A DNA stretch of 60,563 nucleotides, counting the filler, from Sphacelaria rigidula (taxonomy: Eukaryota): assembly GCA_964200075.2 (NCBI GenBank). It is 8 parts of 8 records of this genome, joined end to end, with 100 filler letters (N's around TTAATTAATTAA, not from the genome) between each part and the next. Parts side by side here need not be neighbours in the genome. Positions count along the whole stretch, not along the records: positions 30,336 to 37,817 come from CAXNAA020014715.1; positions 37,918 to 45,399 come from CAXNAA020014716.1; positions 45,500 to 52,981 come from CAXNAA020014717.1; 5 more parts are not named here. The stretch is one strand, 5' to 3'. Under the pieces are notes generated by a model. The model did not search any database, was not told the DNA's origin, and saw only the letters and a list, made by a program, of their open reading frames with translations. A program made the translations under genes and the position numbers. The stretch's first letter is position 1. Each line of letters starts with the position of its first letter. Below are positions 34,802 to 46,835 of the stretch, one piece after another.

Positions 34802-36719
34802 ACCGGTAGGAACGTTAGGGGAGGGGTGATGGGTTCGTTGAAACCGTTGCAGGGAGTAAACGACACTCAACAGTGCTAGAACACCTTCTTTCTGCTTTTT
34901 TTCTTAGCATTTTTTGGAGAAAGGATGAAGGTCAACCTTGCTTCTCGCACTACTGAGATCACAGAATACCAATGGCACCTGCCAGTTACCCAGTTAATGC
35001 GAACGTGGACCCAGACACCAAAACTCGGCCTGGTGAAATCTTCAAAGCCTCAACGGCCTTCACCACCACGTGATCCTTCTTACAAAAAACAATGTTGTAG
35101 CGTGTTGGGATTTATGAAATAACAGCTCCGAACATACATACTACTCGAGATTAGCGGTAGAACCACTCACGGTTCATCGTTAGAACAAAGATCGTAGTAG
35201 TAACCGAAGAAATGGAATGTTCATCGTAGAATAATGAATAGCTCATGTACTGTATAGCTCGTATGCAGGAAGTCAGCGCATTGTCAGAGGAAGGAAATCG
35301 TTATATAGTATTGAAGAGTTTTGTCAAGAGAGTGACATAGCCCTACGCTATCACTCTCCAAAGCGACCCACTTCAAGAAGCCTACCAGCTTGTCATCAGC
35401 TTTCTGTACAGTAAAGACCGATTTTGATTGTTGTCCTTTTATTTTCATAACTTTGTCGTTAGTTTGCCGTTTTTCTCTTCGTTTTGCAGTATTCCCCTGG
35501 TTTGTGTCATTTCTCTCCCCGGTTGCAGTAGGTTATTGCGGTTTTCAATCCGCACACTCCACCTGGCCTTATACTCAAGTACACCCTGAGGTCGGTGATG
35601 AGTTGTGGCGTTTCATGCTGTTTTCAGGAGGGCACGTTGTTGGTGCTGTGGACCACTGATTGGTAGACCTTTGACGATTCCCGTGCTCCGTCATTTCCAA
35701 TTTCCGGGTAGTGTAGGCTATTACATTACATGTACTACGTGGTGGAGAAAATTCGTTGATAATCAGATTTATGGTTTAAGAACGCTTGACGCTTGACGCT
35801 TGCTCCCGTGGGCTTGTTTTCGAACGTTGAGGTCGATTAGCTCCTGCAATAATACCGGGGAGAGATGAATTGATCTCTTGAGACCGCGGAGTTGTCCCGA
35901 GGAAGGGGACGGATTCAAAGTGCGACAAATAATAATGAATATATATATATATATATAAATACTCGGATCCCATCATGTTTCCTTCTCCCGTGGCACACAT
36001 ACATGGACAAACGGCAGTTTCATGTCACACGGTTCTGGCTCACCTGCAGCGATCCCCGTTCCGGTCCACCTGCTGCATACTATACACGTCTGAATGGTGC
36101 GAAACCTACGCATAGGACACAACAGAGAAAATTCTACCTGTCTGTTCCTGAAATTCGATACAGGGTCGTTCAGGGTGAACAACCGAAGTTTACTTTTAAG
36201 CGATTATTCTCACCGTTTTTTTCGGGTTAGGTCCTTAAAAATTGCACACGGGTGCTCTGAGACATCTAGAAAGGCTGTATGATTTATTTATTTTTCCCGT
36301 CGCCAAATATCCGGGGTCCCAGGAACTGGCGTGAGTAATCGCCCGTGTGTGTGTCGAAATATACCGGTATAGGCGGAATCCCCTCAAATTCGTGATTGTA
36401 GTACTCTACCGTCGTTTTCCTTGTGCGCTTGAGCTTACATCAACCGTTTGATATCGGTTTTTCGAATTTCGCAATCAAACTTTGAACAAACGCTCCTTCG
36501 ACGGCTTTTGAGTGATTGAAGTTTGAATTTTTACTCGAGGTAATCTGTACCGGTTTCTGCGGGTTTTGCAAGCTGGGGCCCCCGGAAGCCCGTAGAGAGC
36601 GGATAAACTTTGAAATATTATTCAACGATTGTTTTTTTCCTATTCGTAGCGCCCATATTTACCAAACTGCCATGTTTGAGGATGATCTGAGCTTTTTCTA
36701 CGATGTTTTCAAGAAAAAA

Positions 36720-37790
36720 CGTCAAAAGGTTTTCTGGGTCTTCCATGCACTATCCGTGGGAATCCGACGATATCCAAACCCCACATCACCGTAACACCAT
36801 GTTTTGGGGTATAACTCGACCCCATACAAACCGTGTTCAAGCGTGCTTTTTGCGTTAGATTCCCTAGCTTGTGGCGGTTCCTCATACAGGATTCGTGATG
36901 ACTTCCGGCATAAATTGAGTAGGAATCGCATTTCTAATTTCAGAACAATGTGGAGTACCCCGATTGGCCGAGAAACGTTTCTCAAGGCGGAGGAATTGAC
37001 GATGTCGGGCATGCAGTTGTCGACGACATCAAAGTTCAGAAAATCATGCAGATCTTCTTCCCAGGAGGAAATCCGAAAAGAATGGATTGGCATCTTCGTG
37101 CAAAACGTTTTTCGAGTTCTTAGGTCGGTATCGCATATGTAACTTGTGCGTGAGCTTTTTAATGATAGTTTTGGTAGTACCTGCCCGTGTCCTTCTTTGA
37201 CCCCTTCTAGGTACTTGTATGGTGAGAAATCGAACGCGAAAGACTGTCGAAAAGGCGTGTATTGGTTGACTGTGCAATTACGTGCAACATCAATCAATCA
37301 GAAACCCCTCATCAGTTTGGCACGAAGATGTCGATTGGCCTCTCCTTTTCCCTGAGCCTACGTGTTTTCTCCACCGATGTTGTTTCTTCAATATGGACTA
37401 TCCACAGTATTGAAGTTATTGACCAGCCTTGTTCTTGGTGGGGTAACGTCTTCATATGTTTCCCCTTTGTGTTAGTTTGTTTGGGGTCGCATGATCTTCT
37501 GACACTGATAGCCATTTTTCGGTACGTCATCGTCACCTTATCCAGAGGCGTAACATGACCAGAGGGATACCGCGATAGCCCCATCCAGAGAAGTGACTGG
37601 CTTGAGGAGAAAATCTCTACGTGCGAATCAAAACGGCAAAAATCTAGCACAATGGGCAGCTGCGAATTCCCAAACTTGAGATTATTTCAGCTGACGTCAA
37701 ACACATCAGGTGCTTTTTCTCGTCTGAAACTAGCCATCACACGCGGTATGACGACTTTCTTCGTGGCAGTTTTGGGGCTGGTTCATTGGG
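36720..37790 (-). repeat. Longest copy of coding-like repeat family X (degenerate ORFs 37312-37650 and 36722-37297)
   Basis: Nucleotide and peptide similarity to the other X copies; starts at a C-run. Confidence 0.55.
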
Positions 37791-37817
37791 GGGGGGGGGG
37801 GGGGGGCGGCTCCTTGT

Positions 37818-37917
37818 NNNNNNNNNNNNNNNNNNNNNNNNNNNNNNNNNNNNNNNNNNNNTTAATTAATTAANNNNNNNNNNNNNNNNNNNNNNNNNNN
37901 NNNNNNNNNNNNNNNNN
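37818..37917. other. Artificial contig linker
   Basis: N/TTAATTAATTAA/N, 100 nt. Confidence 0.98.
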
Positions 37918-37942
37918 CCCCCCCCCCCCTCACGTCTGCTAC

Positions 37943-38007
37943 GCTCCGTCTCGAAAGGGATGCGTGGTCAATGGTCAAACGACTAAGGCAAGCAATAAAT
38001 GAGTACG
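37943..38007 (+). mobile_element. RTEX-like LINE 3' end (subfamily A) with TSD
   Basis: C-run plus CACGTCTGCT present on both sides (37931-37940 and 38012-38021). Confidence 0.88.
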
Positions 38008-38019
38008 CCCCCACGTCTG

Positions 38020-38904
38020 CTTCCGACCAACATTGCAGCTGAACTGCCGGAGGGACTTACGGCAGACATACTCTACGAGAGAAGAATGCAGGAGTTGGCA
38101 GAAGAAGTTGTAGAGATCGGCAAGTCTTCGGATGTTAAGTTCGACTGGAACCTTTCCTAGTACAATCTTCAACCTGTCCTCCCAACCGTTAACCCACCTG
38201 CCTCGGCGGGGGTAGGGGAGGGACCAGCAGCGGGCGGGGCCGTTCCGAGACCGGCTAATTCGATAGTGTTTAGCGCGGAAGTTGGAGAGTTCGTCGCGCT
38301 CCCGACGCCTCCGAACGAAAAGGAGTCGGTGTCAGTTGGGAAAATACTGTCCATAACAACGGGAGAGGGGGGTAACGAGTTGACGTTGCACTGGTACATG
38401 CCTGCGACAGTTTCTGACAAATGCGGACGTTCGGAGTACGGTAAGGGGAGATGGACGGAGGAGTACCTTATGGCGGGTGGGAAGCGGGTACCTTTCATTG
38501 GCTCAGAGAGCGTTGCGGCGGTCAGCTCGAGATTCTTGAACCTTACCAAGCAGGGCAAGCTGCTGAAGCACGTTTGGGCTTTTGTCGCAGAGAGTACTTT
38601 GCCGGGGGCAGAGGGTGAAAGTGAGGACGATGAAGAGGAGGAGGAGGAGAGAGAGGAGGAGGAGGAGAAGGGAGAGGAGGAGGAGGAGGAGGAGGAGGAG
38701 GAAGAAGAAGAGAGAGAGGACATGGTGGAGGCAGGGGTTTGCGAGACAGCAAGCCCGGTATTGCCGACTCCCCCTCTCGCAGACCCTCCCGTGGCTGTAG
38801 TACCACGCCCCCGTGTGGAGCCACTCCCTGAGGTACAGCGTAATGCTGCGTACTACCGACCACGCAGGGATGGTCGGCCAGCAAACGCTGAACCGAGCAA
38901 TTAA
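38020..38904 (+). pseudogene. Intronless ORF remnant with BAH/Tudor-like beta-rich segment and acidic tail; probably the C-terminus of a DNA-transposon protein
   Basis: Frame open from about 38020 apart from one stop (TAG 38158-38160); VGEFVAL...SVGKILSI...LTLHWY...GRWTEEY...FLNLTKQGKL; poly-Glu; interrupted at its 5' side by the LINE end. Confidence 0.45.
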
Positions 38905-39597
38905 TTGAGTTTAGCATTTAGGGATGAGAAAGGGCGGAGAACGGTAGAATTGTCAAGCGACAGAACAGGCCTGATGCTGTTTTCTCAAGCGTATTGGTAC
39001 GTTCAATTCTCGTTTGGGTCGTGTCTGTGAGGGTTTGACATGCTGAGGCATGATTTTGCGTGCCATGTGATACCTCCTTCGAGTGGCATAGTGTAATGCC
39101 TGGCTGGATGGTGGCCCCGACTTGCGACCACTGAGCGTGGTATGACGCCTGCGCACAGACAGGTACCAACTATGAGTCGCGCATCGCATCGTTTGGGACA
39201 AAACGGACGCAATCCGCATTTTTGGGACGTCCCGTTCACTTACACCAAGCACCTTTCTTATAGGCTCGAGAAAATCAACACACAAAGGCGGAACAATTCG
39301 GGAAATTTCTGCAAAATTAGCACAGAAAACACGTGAATGTTGACTGCCGAAAGTCTCGCCCCAACCCGAATAATGAACGTGCGTGTTTTCAACGCTTCCA
39401 ATTCTGGTTGATTAGTGACGCGAACGGTTTCGCCAAAGAATCGACCACAAAGAAAACTGGTCCTCAGTTTGAAATCCTCACTCTGAATCTGAAACTACGC
39501 TCTAAATCTCACGAATATGGTGTTATATGTTACCCAGCAGAGGTGTGAGAAATTTTCTTGTGCCCCAACGTAGAATGGCCAATGAGCGGAAATGCCT

Positions 39598-39960
39598 CCT
39601 TGAAACAGGGGATTCTATCAAATGAGGTTGACCAATAACATCAGGTTTGAGGAGGCTAGCCAGTATGCGACAAAAACCCGAGGGGAGTACCGTCTGCAAG
39701 TGCCTTCAATCATTTTCGTGGGGGAGGCGTACTCATTTGTTGCTTGCCTTAGTCGTTTGACTATTGATCTTTCGAGACTGGGCGTGGTCAATGGTCAAAC
39801 GACTAAGGCAAGAAAAAAATGAGTACGCCCCCCCCCCCCCCAAAAAAGACGAAGGCACCTTAGGGCGGGGCCTCCCCTGGGGGTTTGTTGTAAACTGTTT
39901 CAACTCCTCAAACCTCATTTCATTGACCAACCTCATTTTATAAAATCTCCTGTTTTAAGG
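39598..39960. mobile_element. Foldback/MITE whose centre holds two oppositely oriented RTEX-like LINE 3' ends (39729-39778 minus, 39782-39826 plus)
   Basis: Arms CCTTGAAACAGGGGATTCTATCAAATGAGGTTG / CAACCTCATTTTATAAAATCTCCTGTTTTAAGG; both LINE tails end at G/C-runs. Confidence 0.82.
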
Positions 39961-40344
39961 CATATGCTTGCCCTAAGTTAGGAGCAGAAAACGTCAACAC
40001 GAAAAGCGGAACGGGTAAGATCCTAAGAATTACACCTCGACAGCTATGTGATGAATAATCACTCATTCATCGGAAATAAGGACAAGATTTATCGCATCGT
40101 GTCGCATCGAATCGAATGTATCGTTGTCGTTATCGCTATCGTTATATACAACTGTTGATACGATAGCAATAACGATATGTCGATACGATAATATACCGTA
40201 ACTTTCGAAACGACATCCAAGACTAACTGACGGGACCGGCCATTCCTATTTCCCTTTCCCTGCTTCTTGATTTCTTTCAGTCTCTACACTATCTGTTCTG
40301 CCTCTATGTTTTCATCACTCACTCATCAGGGAGAGTCTCCATCA

Positions 40345-41098
40345 TACTCACCTCGGGTGCGAGTATCATGTTGGCACGGCTACGTTCAACGTCTATGAGT
40401 TGATGTGCGAAACCCACGGCGGGAATAACCGAAGCCGTGACACATATTACTCATTTCTGCAGCAGTAGTACAACATAGGGATGCTGGCTGAAGCGTAATG
40501 GGACGAATACGGCATGATGGACTTCAGTGCTCCTTCGTACACGCGGTGTACTGTGCGATTGTGCCCCTCGTTAACATATTCGAGTTCTGTCGGTGGTTTG
40601 CACACATTTGATAGTGCAAATAGAAACTCGTCACTCCTGTGGCACCGCATGCCGATTTGGATTCTGTAGGGCCACCGGGGTAGTGATGTGGGTGGTTTAT
40701 GCATGCATGTTTGGTTTGTTTTAACCCGATTGCTGGCTGGTTCCTCCAGCATTTTGCGCGCTCACCCGTGCATGTGCGCGACCGTTGTCATCATGGCGAC
40801 CACCATCACCTCTTTTTAAGGTGAATATCCGCATGACCGCCACTTCGCTGTTTCAAACAAGCAATCAATCAATGGTACATTGCTCGTGTGCGTGTACACC
40901 AGTGTGTGTTGATGTATGCATACCTGCCTTGGCATGGAAATGTACGCCAATAACAACCAGCATCCCTATATTTCACCACTAGGGAGATGAGCGATTTGCA
41001 TCACAGCTTCGATTATTCCCGTCGTGGTTCCCGCACACATCGACTCATCAACAATGAATGCAGCCATGCCCACATGATATGTGCACGCGAGGTGAATA
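40345..41098. mobile_element. Non-autonomous TIR element with ~95-bp imperfect inverted ends
   Basis: 40345-40440 (…CCACGGCGGGAATAACCGAAGCCGTGA) is inverted relative to 41001-41098 (TCACAGCTTCGATTATTCCCGTCGTGG…). Confidence 0.7.
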
Positions 41099-41155
41099 GT
41101 ACGGAAAGTCTTCGTGAGGAGAAGTGACGAAACCATGGAAGCAGAACCGATATAC

Positions 41156-41265
41156 CACGGGTGGCCACTGGTGTGCCTGCAACCTCAAATTTGGACGTTA
41201 CAGACCTTGTGCAACGTCTGTAACGTCCAAATTTGAGGTTGCAGGCACCCCAGTGGCCACCCGTG
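41156..41265. repeat. Near-perfect 110-nt hairpin (50-bp stem, one mismatch, 10-nt loop)
   Basis: 41156-41205 is the reverse complement of 41216-41265 except at one position. Confidence 0.92.
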
Positions 41266-41618
41266 ACTGGAGCTTACGCTCTTGCATTTCACGCTGTTTC
41301 CCATGGATGAAATTACCACATGATCAACATCCCTAATTTTGCACATTGGGAACTCGAACACATGTAAAAACAAAATGCACTCAATTATGACTCACGGAAG
41401 TTGGTGGAACACCTAGAACTTCAAAGCCTCAAAACTATGTTCCCCACGAGCACAAGTCGCACCCAAGCTCAAACCGAAACATAGCCTAGCCTCGACTATG
41501 ACACAGATTTCATAAGAGTGCGCTTTATCCCTAATGGGACACACTAAGTTTAACCTCGCGGGGGCATCTCAATCAAAGCGTTCATAGCTTGACATACAAC
41601 CCGTACAAGGTCCCAGAG

Positions 41619-44600
41619 TCAAACCTCAGTCGACACAGTTGCCCAAGTTACTTGATGCTCATAAATACATTCCTGTGTGTTCCGAAAACTATCCACAGGT
41701 AAAGGTTTAGTCAGCACATCATCATGCTGTTGAGCTGTCGGGACATACTCTACTCGAATGACCTGCTCAGACACCAACTCTCTCCAAACGTTATGACGTC
41801 TATCCATATGCTTACTGTTGGGGGAGCTTCGCGGACTATTCGCGAGCTGAATAGCCCCCTGGTTGTCCTCGTATACTATCACCGGGATGAAAAACTCCTT
41901 CCTCTGCGGTTGCATGAATTCCAGTACCGCCTTGACAAAAAGAGCATCCTTCACCACATCCCCCCATCGCTACATACTCAGCTTGTGTCGTAGACAACGT
42001 TACATCATTCTCCTGAGTCCGGGAGAAAAATCCAACCACAGCCCCACATAAACATATTGCCCCTCCCAACACTGAACGCCGCTCGTCGATTTTGAGTAGG
42101 CAGCATCTGCATACGCTACCAACTCGTTGCTCGAACCCCTGACATATGCAATCCCTAAATTAACCGTAGTCCTCAGGTATGCAAAAATCCTCAACACTTT
42201 GCGCCAGTCTTCTGCTGTCGGGTTCTCGTTGTGCCTGCACGCAGCTCTCACGGCATTGGCGATGCCCTGGCGCGTGTTGCCGGAGAGCCACATCAGTGAC
42301 CCTACCGCTTCCCGATACCTCCCTATAGAGTTTCTCCCTCATCACGCGTAAAAGAAGGTGAAACATACGCGGGGGTCGCTGCGGTCCTAGTGACAGAAAA
42401 CCTGTCTACAATCCGTTGGATATATGCAGTCCGTGACATTTTCAGAGTACCCTTCTCGAGGTCGTGCCTGTACTCGCACCCCGCATACAAGACGAGTTCT
42501 GCAAGCGTTTTCGTCGGAAAGTGACAGTTGAGATCAGTAGCCAACGTGTTACACAACTTCACCACCCACTACGAACATGTCATCGACATGCACCACAATC
42601 AGAACCCTGACCTCCTCCCTGCCCATCAACCTATATATATATATATATATACGGGTCGACCAAAATCTGGTCGAAGCCCAGACTTTTCAGAGTTTTCCCC
42701 AGCTCACCAAACCATTCTCTAGTCGCTTGTCGAATCCCATACAAACCTTTCCTCAGGTGTACGACAGTACCTGACCGTCCACCTAGCCCTGATGGCAAGC
42801 GCATGTACATTTCATCATTCAGCTCACAATGTACGAAAGCTTGCTCAACGTCAAAGTGAAAAATGGTTATTCCCTCAGCGCAAGCTACCGCCGCGGCTAC
42901 TCTGTTGGTTGTTGAAGAAGGGGTAGGTGAAAACGTTGAAATATCGCCAATCTCGTCACGATCACCCCTAAAAACCAGTCGAGCTTTTGCCTTCATCACA
43001 TAGCTATGCTCATTAGTCTTCCACTGAAAACTCCACATGGGATATATTGATTTTTCTCATACGGGCGGTGAGTCTACAACTGTCCACGTGTTGTTACGTT
43101 CTAATCCTGCCATCTCTCTGTTCATTGCATTAGTCCACACTCTCTTGAACTCTCTGTTCATTGTGTCGTATACATCCTTTACCGTCTTAGGTGCTACCTC
43201 AATCTCATCAAGAGTAACATGGAATAACCTCCAACTCAGACTCCCCCGTTTTTCTTGGGTAGTCCGTGTCGCCCAGGGATGCCAGAATCCTGTCCGCGCT
43301 CCACAAATCAGCCGTCGACACCCACAACGCACTGAGATCGTCTTCCAGATGTTGTAGGTCAGGATCGTGTTGATGCAGTCGCTGTTCTTGGCGTTGCCGC
43401 TGTAGTAGTCGTGCCTGTTGCCTAGTCCGACCTAGCGTCGGTTCAACCGAATCTAGTTGGTTCGCGGCATCTCCGCCACCGACAGACGATGTCTCCGACG
43501 AATCACGATCGGAAAATGGTGCAGAAGATGTAGACGACGTAGGCGACGCGGGCGGCTGCTCCACTGCGTTCTCGCCGTCGTCGTTGTGTGGTCACTGCTC
43601 AGGTTCCGAGCGCTCCTTGCCATCTCGTTCACGCTCCTCGAGTACCGCACCATCCGTGATTACCCCACCCAACTCCGGGGTATGGCTCCCCTGCATCATA
43701 GTCCCCGGCATCGCCCTCCCCGCTCTCTACATCCTGCAATATTTCCCCACCCCGCCAAGAAAACGTAAGCGCCGTTTGCGAACTTGAGGGGGTTAAACGG
43801 CACCGAATGGCATTGCGAGTGGTGATGACATATCTACCCTTCATCTGCATCCTCATGGAATCACGAGGGTAGTCGTAACCAGGTCCTAAAAATAAACACT
43901 CATATGCTTTGGGCATACACTTTGACGTTCCCTTGTACTTAACGTACCCCGGCCTGAAGAAAGGTAAAAGCTTAACCGGGGGTCCTACACCATCGTATAG
44001 TTCATCTGGAGACTTCTTACCACGGTCAGCCGTGGAAGCAGAGCGATTTAGTGAGTCTACTGCCCAACGATACGATTCAGCCCACATTTTTGCCGGAACA
44101 TCAATATCGTACAGTACCTTCACCTGAATTCGTGAAGTCATAGCGGCCGGCTCAAACATTGGTATCGCACGCTCGACCACACCTTTATACTCAGGACTGT
44201 GTGCTGGGGTATACTCCTGTCTAATATCTCGTGTCCTACACAGGTCGCTGAAAGATCCAGAAACCTCCCCACCACCGTCTGACCTCACAGTTTCTACCAC
44301 CGAGGGAACACACTGTGCACCTACATCTGCGAGGTACTGCTCGAGTGCTCTCGTAGTATCAGGCTTGTGTTTGCCGAAATACATTCAGATTTTCCGCGAA
44401 AACTCATCCCGAATTAGAAATGCATACTTCATACCACCCGTACTCTCAATGAACTTTGGTCCATGCGCATCCATGAACACTCGCTCAAACGGCTTTTCTG
44501 CTCTAGTTGGTTGAAGTCGAAATGGACTTCCTGTTGCGGATTTATCGGTCATTTTCCAGGTGACTAGGTTCCATATGTCATACTTTGTCGTGCTTGGTAT

Positions 44601-44990
44601 CCAACTATCTACCCTGTTGTCTTCACAACGTTTTGGTACTAGCATCTCGACTAGCATAGCAGCAATCAGCCTGTTCACCGATCATACAAGAAGCATTCAC
44701 GTCATCTACGGCACTGTTTCTCAGAGGTATCGCTGGTCTCCGTCTAAAGTAAGCTTGACTCGCATGCAGCGGATGCTGCTTGAGCACCTGCAAAAACCCG
44801 CAGCCTGATGTGCGTACCGCGAACTCGGTTCGAATCGTTGGTACTCAAATGTGATGAGCCCGACAGTGCTCGGGGGCCTACAGACTGGCACCCTTCACCT
44901 CTAGGCCTTCACCGATTCGCGACATGGTGCCCAATCCTCCATTCAACATGTACCGCATCATGCTTTCATAACTGCATGGTAGATATGACC
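41619..44990 (-). mobile_element. Degenerate Ty1/Copia LTR retrotransposon pol (integrase, RT, RNase H)
   Basis: IN: PFERVFMDAHGP...YAFLIRDEFSR...VRSDGGGE...TPAHSPEYKGVVER. RT: AMNREMAGLERNNTW...KAKARLVFRG...FDVEQAF...LRKGLYGIRQATREW...VHVDDM. RH: LSTTQAEYVA...YEDNQGAI...SKHMDRRH...DVLTKPL. IN-RT-RH order is Copia-type; many stops and a (TA)n insert. Confidence 0.95.
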
Positions 44991-45062
44991 CTGCTTCAAC
45001 CTGAAAAGGGGGGGGGGGGAGTGTTTTGGGTGTTATGACGTGACCTTTCCGCTTTGTGTAGA

Positions 45063-45150
45063 ATGTGACCCCGGCTGGAGCGCTCACATATACCGAAAGG
45101 TGTAGCCTGGCATCCAGAATACATAGGACGACAACACACAACACACACAA
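45063..45150 (+). mobile_element. 3' fragment of SINE family 1
   Basis: TGTGACCCCGGCTGG...CACATATACCGAAAGGTGTAG...GGACGACAACACAC matches the SINE tail. Confidence 0.75.
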
Positions 45151-45399
45151 AATAAGCAGTATGCTCGTAAGCTACCGCTCTGCGCCGCCTGTATTAGAGA
45201 GTTTCGGGGGAACAAAACGACCGGGGAAACTCAGGGTTAGGGTTGAGAAGTTGGGATTCAAGGTCAGGATATGACGAATTCCCCTGGTTAAATCCCGAAA
45301 ACTGAACCCGGAGAAGAGACGTGCCCAGCAACTTAAGATTCATTCGGAGATGTTCAAATAAGATTCAAATAACTCGGTTCAAATAAGAGTCATCCTACG

Positions 45400-45499
45400 N
45401 NNNNNNNNNNNNNNNNNNNNNNNNNNNNNNNNNNNNNNNNNNNTTAATTAATTAANNNNNNNNNNNNNNNNNNNNNNNNNNNNNNNNNNNNNNNNNNNN
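45400..45499. other. Artificial contig linker
   Basis: N/TTAATTAATTAA/N, 100 nt. Confidence 0.98.
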
Positions 45500-46776
45500 C
45501 AACCGGACGGACGATTACCGAAGCGAATAGCATTCGGAACACTAGTCGGGGGGGAGGATCCAGGACCAGGGTGCCCGGAACAAAACCGGCTGAAGTGTCT
45601 GAGGGACGATGCCCACGTTTTCGGAGCCACAGACGGCCCTACGGACGACAACCGCCAGACATTCGGAATTGACCGCGCCCTATGACTCTCAGCAGCGAAT
45701 AAGGAGGGGGGGTTGCCGTGGCACGCGGGAGTGCTGCAGGGAGCGGAGAGGTGCATGACCTCATGGAACAGAAATGAAGGGGAGGTCAGCCGAGTGCGTG
45801 CGATTGGACGGGAGACCAACGAAGCCCACATAACACAGCAATAACGACGGTACAGAGAGGGGGGGGGGTTGACCCCCCCGATGAGGGGTGTCGTTATGCC
45901 ATGCAGTGCTTGTCTTGATACACCTGGTATTAGAGCTCGGAAATGGTACCAGTTATAACTGGCCATTATCATTGTAATGGTAATAATGGTAACGGTGTTA
46001 TAAAATGTTTGGATAATGGTTTCAAACCATTATTCACCGTTACCAGCTACGTATGCTACATACAGCGCTCAAAAATTGGCCCAAATCGAACGTACTTTCC
46101 AGCTCTCGTAAAGCCAAATCGTGTATAAACGTGCCTCCCGCACGGCGGGGCCCTCCGAGGGCGCCTGCGGCGGGCCCCCCTCTACCCGGGGGCTTTTTGG
46201 CTGGCGGCTGCGCCGCTTCATGAGCAAACCATCATTTACCATTTAACTGGTTAATGAGTGCGGTACGCGTAACCACATAATTGAAAAATGGTGAGACAAA
46301 CCATTTCCGAGCTCTACCTGGTATGCTTGTACGTATGGCTGTCCCTCGAGAGGTCGAAAGCTGGAACCTTGCGATTCTTAGTTCTTCGGTTGGTGGTACT
46401 TGGGGCCTCGAGTCTCGCCCGTAGTCGAACCCTATGTTCATTTCTGCTTGGCCTCGCGCGTCGAGTTGGAAAGCCGGGTGCCCCCCACTCAAATACGAAT
46501 GGTCACCTGCGGTACCGGATCTTCTGAGGTTAGCCAAATGTATTCTCTTTCTTCTTGATAATTTATCCCTGTTTTGCTTATATCGCGTTTTGCGAGTTTC
46601 AATCCAGGTCTATTTTGTCTTTTCGCTTTGTTTGATTTCCTTATACCTTATTGTAGGTACCTAGCCTGTGGCCACGGAAGGCGTCCGGGTCAGATGCCCA
46701 GTACGAATGTACCGCGCAGATATCGGAAGTTTTTTTTTTATGTGAAGACAACAACAGCAACAGCAACAGCAACAGC

Positions 46777-46835
<59 letters not shown>
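45500..46835 (+). mobile_element. RTE-clade LINE 3' part (ORF C-terminus, long 3' UTR, (CAA)n tail), interrupted by a hAT MITE
   Basis: QPDGRLPKRIAFGTLVGGEDPGPGCPEQNRLKCLRDD matches the RTE C-terminal RLPK..FG.L..G...G.P pattern; homologous to 13780-15068. Confidence 0.85.
45931..46316. mobile_element. hAT-type MITE with 17-bp TIRs and 8-bp TSD
   Basis: TIRs TAGAGCTCGGAAATGGT / ACCATTTCCGAGCTCTA; perfect TSD CCTGGTAT at 45923-45930 and 46317-46324. Confidence 0.93.
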
